42,627 bases of DNA, taken from a virus. Below, in pieces: positions 35,370-42,627 of the stretch (the stretch's first letter is position 1; the number at the start of each line of letters is the position of its first letter). The stretch lies in UHGV virus genome UHGV-0208142; one strand, given 5' to 3'. The notes beneath the pieces are model-generated. The model saw only the letters and a list, made by a program, of their open reading frames with translations. It was not told where the DNA came from and made no database searches. Both the position numbers and the translations under genes were made by a program.

Positions 35370-38300
35370 ATGGCTGAGAACGCTGGCGGTATTTATTACG
35401 ACATTGAAATGGATGTGCGCGGGCTACTTACCGCTCAGCAGCGCGTAAACCAGCGCCTTGATCTGATGGAACGGGGATTTGATAAAACATCACGCTCCAT
35501 TGATACCACAGAGCGTTCGATGTCGAGCTTGTCACGTGTTGCGATTGCACTTACCGCAGCTCTTTCTGTCCAGCAGGTGGCTGAATATGCTGACGCATGG
35601 GCAACTGTAAATAACAAGCTGGCTAACTCACTGCGGCCTAATGAGCAACTGGCTGATGTGACGGAGCGCGTATTCAACATTACACAGCAAACGAGAGGAA
35701 GTTTAGATGCCACAGCGTCGCTGTATGCGAGACTGGAAAGAGCGACAAGGCAGTACGGCACAAGTGCGGACGACCTTTCCAAGCTAACCACAATTATCAA
35801 CCAGGGATTTGTCGTCTCAGGTGCAACAGCGCAAGAAGCTGAAAATGCCATTATCCAGCTCTCGCAGGGACTGGCTTCAGGCGCGTTACGTGGCGAAGAA
35901 TTCAACTCTGTTAACGAGCAGGGTAATCGCCTTATCGTAGCCCTTGCTGACTCTATGGGGGTCAGCATCGGCCAGATGCGCAACATGGCGGCACAGGGCA
36001 AGCTAACGACAGATGTTGTGGTTAACGGTCTGCTTTCCCAGGGTAGTGTAATCGGTGCTGAATTTGCCAACACCACTACGACTATCAGCCAGGCTCTTCA
36101 GGTTGCGGGCAATAACATCACTAAGTTTTTCGGCGAAAACTCTACCGTAAAAACCGGTGCGGCAATTTTCAGTGATGCGGTCGTTACTATCAGTGAAAAT
36201 ATCGGCGGCCTGAGCGCTTTGCTGACAGGCGTCGCGGCTATTCTTGGGAGTCGCTATGTCGGCGCCTTAACTATGGCTACTGCGGCTAAAATCAAAGCAG
36301 CTGCCGCATCACGCACGCTTTCAGCAGAAGAATCATTAGCAGCTCAGGCTTCCGCGAATAAAGCAGCGGCAGACCTCAGGGCTGCAGCGGTCGCAAAACA
36401 ACGGGCCTTAGATGAGATAAGGCTCGCAGAAATGATGCGCCTTACTGCTATCAGCGAAACCAACGCTGCGGCAGCTGAACAGCGCTTGTCCGTTGCCAGG
36501 GTTGCGGCTGCCGGTGCGGTTGATAATTATAATCGAGCACTGGCGGCAAACAGGGCTGCTCAAATGGCTCTCTCATCTGGCGCAAGCCTGGCTACCAGAG
36601 CACTTGGGTTAATTGGTGGTCCTGCAGGTGCGGCGATGCTTGCTGCAAGTGCAATTCTCTACTTCTCTCAGCGTGCAAAAGAAGCTCGCAACGATGCGAA
36701 TAATCTGGCGGACGGAGTTAATGAACTAAGTTCAAAATTCCAGACCATGTCCAACACACAGCTTGCGGCAACAATAGGCAAATTAAGCCAAAGCCTGCCA
36801 GAGCTTAGCGACGCTGTTGCTGATGCTCAGAAGGAATTTAATGCGGCCAGTGCTGCTGTTGAGCGTCAACAGAGAGAGATATCAAACTGGGGAACCAATA
36901 CAACCAGAGGGCGGCAAGCTGCTGAGGCACTTGGCGGAGCGCAGGATGAGCTTGCTATAGCTACCCTTGAGCTGGAGAAGGCCCAGAACAGACTGAGTCA
37001 GACCCAAAACGCCATTAACATTGGCCGCGCTACGCTAAACGGAACGATGAAGCAAGGTATCGATTTGCTGCGCAGGGATGGGCAGGAAGCGGGAATTGCT
37101 GCCGGCATGATGAGCAAGTTGGGAGATATGATTAATTTTGCGGCCAAGGCAAAAGACAAATTCAACTCCAGCAGCCTCATGGTTGAACGCCCGAAAGATG
37201 TTCAGGAGTATCTGGATAAGCTACAGGATCAGGTAACACTTCAGAGCGAGCTTAATGACAGGAAGCGAGCGCAATTAAGGGCTGAGCAGGACATTAGGAA
37301 ACTCGGTGGATCAGAGGCGGATGTTAACCTTGCTCGTGACAGAGCAGCAGCTGAATTCGATGCTCAACAAGCGCAGCAAAATAACAAAAAGGCCACCAAG
37401 GAAGCGGAATCTGAGGCTAAGAAACTTGCTAACCAGCAGGAATCGGTAAACCAAAAACTTGAAAATCTGCGCCAGCAATCAGAGCTCGCTGCTGGCTCAA
37501 CGCAGGAGTTAAGCCGGGAGCAGGCAGTATTACAGGCTCAGCAATCACTAGGTAAGGGAGCCACCCAAGAGCAAATTGCTCTTGCCGGTAAATACCGTGG
37601 AGAAATATGGGATACGGCTAATGCCCTCAAAGCCCAGGCTGCGGCAGAAAAACTGCTCCCTGAAGCCAGAGAGAATGCGTCTTACCAGCAGGATGTTAAA
37701 GATCTGCAAACTGCACTGGCCGCCAAAAAAATCACTCAGCAGCAGTACAATCAGACCAGTGAGCAACTGGAGGCTCAGCACCAGGTTAATCTGGCTAAGA
37801 TACGCGCTCAGCAAACTGTAAGCCCCATGCAGGAAGCTCGGGGGCAGATTGACCCTGTCCAACAGCTGGCTAATCAGCATGCTCAGGAGTTGGCTCTCAT
37901 CCAGCAGTTCGAAACGCAGAAGGGGCAGATAACCCAGCGCGGTCTTGAACTGATGAATGCCGCTAACACTCAGTACGAGCAACAGCGCATAGCGGCGCAG
38001 TGGGAGATATGGAGGCAACAAAACGCAGGATATGAAGTAGCTGCCGCGGCGTTTGATTCATTTGCTGGAAACGCCTCCAACGCCCTCACTGGCATAATCA
38101 CTGGCAGCATGTCTGTCAGCGAAGCTATGCGGTCGCTAGGCTCGACGGTACTTAACAGCGTCATCAACTCCTTTGTTCAGATGGGGGTTGAGTGGTTGAA
38201 GTCTGTAATTATGGGTCAGGCTGGCATGACCGCCGCTTCTGGAATGGCTATTGCGCAAGGGCAGCTAATCGCCGCTTCCATGGCCCCTGCAGCCGCAATG

Positions 38301-38738
38301 ACATCTCTTGCAACTGCTGGCGCGAATGCAGTGCCGGCACAGGCGGGAATAGCTTCAACAGTTGGCATGGCGCAGGCCCTTTCAATAGCGGGAGCGCGGT
38401 ACAATGGCGGACCGGTATCAGCCGGTGGCCTGTATCAGGTCGGCGAGAAAGGTAAGCCAGAGATTTACCAGGCCAGCACCGGCAAGCAGTACATGATCCC
38501 CGGCGATAACGGGAAGGTCATCAGCAATAAGGATATGCAGTCAGGAGGAGGGATCAGCGTGCAGGTGAACGTCATAAACCAGTCTACCGGTGCCACTGTA
38601 CAGAGTGCCGATGGCTACATGCAGGACGGTAGCGCAGTTGTGGACTTGCTGATCACCGACATAGAAAGAGGCGGCCCGGTATCCTCTCAGATGCAGCAGA
38701 CATTTGGATTAAGTCGTAAAGCGCAAGGCGCTTACTAA
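35370..38738 (+). CDS. Tail tape measure protein.
   Basis: About 1120 aa, alpha-helical and Ala/Gln-rich. Conserved TMP core SQGLASGALRGEEFNSVNEQGNRLIVALADSMGVSIGQMRNMAAQGKLT. Start placed at the ATG at 35370 after GGAGAAAAGGAA; the ORF track used TTG at 35352. Confidence 0.9.
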   Translation: MAENAGGIYYDIEMDVRGLLTAQQRVNQRLDLMERGFDKTSRSIDTTERSMSSLSRVAIALTAALSVQQVAEYADAWATVNNKLANSLRPNEQLADVTERVFNITQQTRGSLDATASLYARLERATRQYGTSADDLSKLTTIINQGFVVSGATAQEAENAIIQLSQGLASGALRGEEFNSVNEQGNRLIVALADSMGVSIGQMRNMAAQGKLTTDVVVNGLLSQGSVIGAEFANTTTTISQALQVAGNNITKFFGENSTVKTGAAIFSDAVVTISENIGGLSALLTGVAAILGSRYVGALTMATAAKIKAAAASRTLSAEESLAAQASANKAAADLRAAAVAKQRALDEIRLAEMMRLTAISETNAAAAEQRLSVARVAAAGAVDNYNRALAANRAAQMALSSGASLATRALGLIGGPAGAAMLAASAILYFSQRAKEARNDANNLADGVNELSSKFQTMSNTQLAATIGKLSQSLPELSDAVADAQKEFNAASAAVERQQREISNWGTNTTRGRQAAEALGGAQDELAIATLELEKAQNRLSQTQNAINIGRATLNGTMKQGIDLLRRDGQEAGIAAGMMSKLGDMINFAAKAKDKFNSSSLMVERPKDVQEYLDKLQDQVTLQSELNDRKRAQLRAEQDIRKLGGSEADVNLARDRAAAEFDAQQAQQNNKKATKEAESEAKKLANQQESVNQKLENLRQQSELAAGSTQELSREQAVLQAQQSLGKGATQEQIALAGKYRGEIWDTANALKAQAAAEKLLPEARENASYQQDVKDLQTALAAKKITQQQYNQTSEQLEAQHQVNLAKIRAQQTVSPMQEARGQIDPVQQLANQHAQELALIQQFETQKGQITQRGLELMNAANTQYEQQRIAAQWEIWRQQNAGYEVAAAAFDSFAGNASNALTGIITGSMSVSEAMRSLGSTVLNSVINSFVQMGVEWLKSVIMGQAGMTAASGMAIAQGQLIAASMAPAAAMTSLATAGANAVPAQAGIASTVGMAQALSIAGARYNGGPVSAGGLYQVGEKGKPEIYQASTGKQYMIPGDNGKVISNKDMQSGGGISVQVNVINQSTGATVQSADGYMQDGSAVVDLLITDIERGGPVSSQMQQTFGLSRKAQGAY

Positions 38739-38740
38739 AC

Positions 38741-38766
38741 CAAACCCGCTCCGGCGGGTTTTTTTA
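38741..38766 (+). terminator. Intrinsic terminator immediately after the tape measure gene.
   Basis: Stem CCCGC/GCGGG with loop tccg, followed by T7. Confidence 0.55.
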
Positions 38767-38780
38767 TGCCCGGAGGAAAC

Positions 38781-39257
38781 GTGGCAACAGTTCAATACCC
38801 TCCGTTCCTGCCGCTTCCCCAGCGTGCCGATCAGAGCATGACGCAGGATACAGCCTGGCAGACGACGCAGACGGCAGTCGGCCCCCTGATAATCACGCCG
38901 ATCACCACGGACCTGAAAGCAACCTGGACGCTGCAGTGGATATTCACGCTTGCCCAGGCTGAGCGCTTTAAGTCGTGGCTTCGATCGCCGACATACTGCG
39001 ACCGCGGGCGCGCCTGGTTCCAGATGCCGATCGACCTGGGTGATACGCAGGGCGTGCAGCAGCAGACGCTGCATTTCGTCGATATGCCGGTGCAGACCAG
39101 CAAAAACGGCAACATTGTCACCTGGACAGCAACGGTTATCAGCAACGGCATCGAGGACATTACCGAGGACTATGACGACTGGATTGTTGAGGCCCAGCCT
39201 GGCTATGGATACTGGCTGGATTACCTGATAACCGAAGTGATGCCGAGGGCTGACTAA
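38781..39257 (+). CDS. Minor tail protein (distal tail / M-like position).
   Basis: GTG at 38781 after RBS GGAGG. The alternative ATG at 38766 sits in the terminator T-run. 158 aa. Confidence 0.5.
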   Translation: MATVQYPPFLPLPQRADQSMTQDTAWQTTQTAVGPLIITPITTDLKATWTLQWIFTLAQAERFKSWLRSPTYCDRGRAWFQMPIDLGDTQGVQQQTLHFVDMPVQTSKNGNIVTWTATVISNGIEDITEDYDDWIVEAQPGYGYWLDYLITEVMPRAD

Positions 39258-39727
39258 TGCCAACATTACGAGAATGGAAAGAGAGGCGTCCGGCGAGCGA
39301 CATCAAACAGACGGTGGAGTTTTATCATCCTGCGTTTGGTTATTACCGGGTGGTCAATAACCTGTTTCGCCCGGCGACGTTTGGCGGCAACTCATTCGAG
39401 CCTGCGCGGTTCAGCGTAACAGAACCGGCGCAGGACGGAACGGCAGTGATATCCATGACGATTACCTTTGTCGCTGCGACGGAGCATGTCCGGCAGACAC
39501 TGAAAAGCTGGCGCGGGGCGGCGCGTATGACGCCGATTAAGTGCCTGTATCAGCAGTGGAACGCGATCGGTGATGCATCATCCCTGAAAGACTGGACGCT
39601 GTATGTGAGTGACATCTCTGCTGACGCAAACAATGTGACGGTTGACGCCGGGTTCACCAACCCTTTGACGCTAGCCAACCCGATTATTTACACAACAGAA
39701 CTTTATCCAGGACTGAAAACTTCATGA
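39257..39727 (+). CDS. Minor tail protein (L-like position).
   Basis: 156 aa. TAATG coupling. Confidence 0.5.
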   Translation: MPTLREWKERRPASDIKQTVEFYHPAFGYYRVVNNLFRPATFGGNSFEPARFSVTEPAQDGTAVISMTITFVAATEHVRQTLKSWRGAARMTPIKCLYQQWNAIGDASSLKDWTLYVSDISADANNVTVDAGFTNPLTLANPIIYTTELYPGLKTS

Positions 39728-40119
39728 CGCAAGACGAATTTATCCGGCTTGTTACCGGCAAGCCGTGGGCTAACCGCTCCTGCAGTTTTGGCTCGATGGA
39801 TTGTTGGGCGCTGGTTGTTCTGTATTACCGGCATGTGCTGGGAATTGAGTTGCACCATATTCCAGCGTATGAAGCCGGGGCTGACTTCATTACTTGCCAT
39901 GAGCAGGAGGTGGAGCATTGGAGAACGATACCAGCAGCGGTGTCGGGTTGCATTGCGGTTTTCTATCGTGGTGAAGTCCCGGCGCATATTGGCGTAATGA
40001 CAAGCCCCGTTAAGTGCCTGCATTCCCGTGGGGAGTTTGGTTTCGTGCGCAGCGACAACCCGCTGGCGCTTCTTAAAGTATACAGCCGCGTGGAGTATAT
40101 GGTGCATGGTTCGATATGA
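39724..40119 (+). CDS. NlpC/P60-family tail peptidase (gpK-like).
   Basis: 131 aa. Cys (SMDCWALV) and His (HIGVM...H) spacing resembles C40 peptidases. Position matches lambda K. Confidence 0.65.
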   Translation: MTQDEFIRLVTGKPWANRSCSFGSMDCWALVVLYYRHVLGIELHHIPAYEAGADFITCHEQEVEHWRTIPAAVSGCIAVFYRGEVPAHIGVMTSPVKCLHSRGEFGFVRSDNPLALLKVYSRVEYMVHGSI

Positions 40120-42580
40120 ATTACAACGCCTTCCTGGCGCGCCAAAGCATCGTGGAGTTGCGGAGGAAGGAACGCCGCTAGCTGAGTTACTTGATTCTCT
40201 GAATTTGCACAATGATGTGGTAGTTAAGCTTAACGGCAGAGAAATTGATGACAACTTCGAGATAACTTATCCGCTGTGCAGAAATGATGTGGTCCTTATA
40301 TTCGACCAGCCGGAGGGTGGGGTAGGGAAACTGATCAACACCATATTACGACCGGTCACAAAAATTCTCTCTGGCGCAATGAAATTGCTCGGTCTTGCAC
40401 CAAAATCCGGAGGCGTTTCTGTTGCAACTGGTGAGTCGCCAAACAATGATGTCACCCAGCAGACCAACCGGGCCCGTCTATATAAAGGGAGGCCGAATAT
40501 TTATGGTCAAGTACGAGCCTATCCAGACCTAATACAGGAATCGATGTTTGAATACATCAGTAATAATAAAATGGTTACAGAGTGGATGGAGATAGGCTAT
40601 GGACACTACAATATTTCATCAGTACGTTATTCCGAATCTTCTTTGGTAGCTATGGCCGGCGCCAGCTATGAAGTTTATCATCCAGGCACGGTAATCCCAG
40701 AGATTATTCAGGGATATGCCTTTGACGATGTTGATGGGCAGGAGCTTCCTGGCACCAATGAGCAGACGACGGATATTACTAATCAGGCAACAACCAATTC
40801 ACTATTAACTGGTACATTTGCTGGTGGTCAGTTCTACGCGAAAATAGCCAAAGCCAACGATTTTGATGTTTTCTACGACACCCCCAAGCCATTTGCCGTA
40901 ACCGTTACTGTTAACGTTACATATAACACCGCGAGCGGTTCTGTCACAAAAGACATTAATGTTACCGCCAATCTGTTTCAGTCTGAAATTTCAGACGATG
41001 GGGCTCTAATTGATCCACTGGAATACTACGAATTCTGGTTTAGCGGTCTGGGTGGGGCTGATTTTGCAGCTCTGCCCGCAGATGCTGTAGTGAACGACTC
41101 GCTTTTCACCATAACGCAGTACGGCACGATTGCTGTAGGTCCTTTCTTTGCCGCGCTGGAAGGAGACCAGTTGTGGATTCACTTGTACGCAAACGAAAAC
41201 GGTGGGTATGACGGTCCGGCAAGATTAACTTGGTGGCAAGTTGATGAGGACAACAACCAGATCCCGGGTACAGAAGAGAGTATGGATGTGAACGTCCATA
41301 ACGATGGACGCAACCAGGATTACATCTATCGGACCTATAAAATCACTCCAGCAGCCGGGTTCGGGCGTTACGCCTTTAAAGGGGAGAGAACGAATAACAG
41401 CGCCAGCGATTCAGTGCTGTACCTGTCTGGTGCTCACTCTGTTACTGTGCGGCAGAACGTTGTTTATCCTGATGATACAATTGTTCGCGTGACTGTCCGT
41501 CAGACAGAAACACAGACTGTTGCATCAGAACGCAAATACAACTGCCTGGCACAGCGGAAAGTCATTTCTTGGTCGGCGTCCGGCGGCATTGACTACACAT
41601 TGCGGGCCAGTCGGTCATTTGCTGATGCCGTTCTGCATGAGTGGGTAATGACTGGAAAGCAGGACCCTGCGCGGCTGGATTTGCCGTCGCTCTACGCCAT
41701 TAAAGACTCCCTGCCTAATGTGGATCTGGGTTATTTTGACTGGACATTCTCCGACGCAACCCAGCCCCTAGGTGAGCGTATACAGATTATCTGTAACGTA
41801 GCCCGCGTTAGTTTTAACTGGGTCGGTGATGTTCTTACGTTCTGGCGTGATGAAAGGGTTTCTAACCCAGATGCGGTTTTCGCCCGTTCGAATATGTTCT
41901 GGGAAGAATACAAGCTGTCATGGAAAATGTCTTTACCTGGTGGTTACGACGGCGTGGCGCTGGATTACGTCGACCCGCTGACGAACAAGAAGGCTTACAT
42001 CTACCTGCAGATCGACAGCAGCGGCATCACCGAGGTTGAGGACGCCACTGTTAACGCGATGCAGATCAGCCTGGACGGCTGCCGAAACGCCACCCAGGCA
42101 ACCGATCGAGCCTGGCTTGAGGCGAGGAAAATCCTCTACTCACGCCTGACTATGACAGTGAAAGTGCTGGAGTCGACTCAGGTGGTGCGCGGAACGGTGA
42201 TTCAGTGTCCTGACATGTACGACAACGCGCAGCAGACCGGATACATCACCGGGCGCTCCGGTGACGTGTTTTCGACCTCGGAGCGTCTCGACTTCTCACT
42301 CGGTGATATGTGGGTGGTGATGACCGACAGCCTCGGCAATTACCGCGGGCGCTGGCGAGCTTATCCGGTAAGTGGCAAGCCCAAAGCATTTCAGGCTGCA
42401 GCCGATACCTTCGATCTGAACATTTATGACCGCGAAAATGTGCAAAACCCCAGCCGGTATTTCATCGCTACCGACTCGGAACTCAACTCCACAATCTGGC
42501 GCGTCGATAGCGCAAAACCAAACGGTGACGATACTCAAACCCTCTCACTCACTGAGTATTCAGACTCGATTTATCCGTAA
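40106..42580 (+). CDS. Tail tip / host-specificity protein (gpI-like N-terminal region fused to a J-like body).
   Basis: 824 aa from the ATG at 40106. The six-frame ORF 40028..42580 overlaps the peptidase gene. N-terminal ubiquitin-like region ...VVVKLNGREIDDNFEITYPL followed by a large beta-rich body. Confidence 0.65.
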   Translation: MVRYELQRLPGAPKHRGVAEEGTPLAELLDSLNLHNDVVVKLNGREIDDNFEITYPLCRNDVVLIFDQPEGGVGKLINTILRPVTKILSGAMKLLGLAPKSGGVSVATGESPNNDVTQQTNRARLYKGRPNIYGQVRAYPDLIQESMFEYISNNKMVTEWMEIGYGHYNISSVRYSESSLVAMAGASYEVYHPGTVIPEIIQGYAFDDVDGQELPGTNEQTTDITNQATTNSLLTGTFAGGQFYAKIAKANDFDVFYDTPKPFAVTVTVNVTYNTASGSVTKDINVTANLFQSEISDDGALIDPLEYYEFWFSGLGGADFAALPADAVVNDSLFTITQYGTIAVGPFFAALEGDQLWIHLYANENGGYDGPARLTWWQVDEDNNQIPGTEESMDVNVHNDGRNQDYIYRTYKITPAAGFGRYAFKGERTNNSASDSVLYLSGAHSVTVRQNVVYPDDTIVRVTVRQTETQTVASERKYNCLAQRKVISWSASGGIDYTLRASRSFADAVLHEWVMTGKQDPARLDLPSLYAIKDSLPNVDLGYFDWTFSDATQPLGERIQIICNVARVSFNWVGDVLTFWRDERVSNPDAVFARSNMFWEEYKLSWKMSLPGGYDGVALDYVDPLTNKKAYIYLQIDSSGITEVEDATVNAMQISLDGCRNATQATDRAWLEARKILYSRLTMTVKVLESTQVVRGTVIQCPDMYDNAQQTGYITGRSGDVFSTSERLDFSLGDMWVVMTDSLGNYRGRWRAYPVSGKPKAFQAAADTFDLNIYDRENVQNPSRYFIATDSELNSTIWRVDSAKPNGDDTQTLSLTEYSDSIYP

Positions 42581-42627
42581 CACACGGCAGTAATTACCAA
42601 CCTTCGCGCACGCCATCAGATTCATGT

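Noticed and set aside
35435-36076. 213-aa minus-strand ORF, plus the similar ORFs 37548..38021, 38709..39266 and 39703..40254 on the minus strand
   Set aside because: All are shadow ORFs antisense to the tape measure, minor tail or peptidase genes, and their products are Ser/Cys/Arg-rich nonsense.
1-42627. CRISPR arrays, IS elements, rRNA genes
   Set aside because: No regularly spaced short repeats, no transposase-like ORFs or terminal inverted repeats, and no rRNA-like segments were seen anywhere in the window.

Overview
The window reads as a nearly complete lambdoid siphovirus genome, or prophage, of an enterobacterial host (Klebsiella/Enterobacter-like codon usage, about 50% GC) with many morons. 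The gene order matches the circular lambda map.

The order is: (1) a tail fiber/tailspike gene at 4-2895; (2) an accessory b-region-like cassette at 2996-4545; (3) a candidate att region at 4575-4810 with a 19-bp direct repeat, the second copy of which lies inside the 3' end of int; (4) a minus-strand early-left operon chained by ATGA overlaps: int, xis, small ORFs, a phage Dam methyltransferase, a YqaJ-type exonuclease, a RecT/Bet annealase, and small membrane peptides; (5) an immunity region with a cI-like S24 repressor, operators, cro-like and cII-like genes; (6) a replication module with an O-like initiator carrying iterons and a lambda P homolog; (7) a nin-like region containing an AT-rich moron with an HEPN-like motif that sits behind a 350-nt non-coding stretch and a terminator; (8) ninB, rusA and Q; (9) a pR'/tR'-like element followed by a phage tRNA (anticodon GTT) and 640 bp of non-coding DNA; (10) an S21-type pinholin, SAR endolysin and Rz/Rz1; (11) terminase small and large subunits, portal, head morphogenesis protein, a reverse-strand secreted-protein moron, scaffold, decoration protein, major capsid, connector proteins and major tail protein; (12) a 2.9-kb moron island between the tail chaperone and the tape measure gene; (13) the tape measure gene, minor tail proteins, an NlpC/P60 peptidase and an I/J-like tail tip gene running to the window end.

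No CRISPR array, rRNA or IS element was recognised. Product names come from motif and synteny recognition by eye, not from searches.
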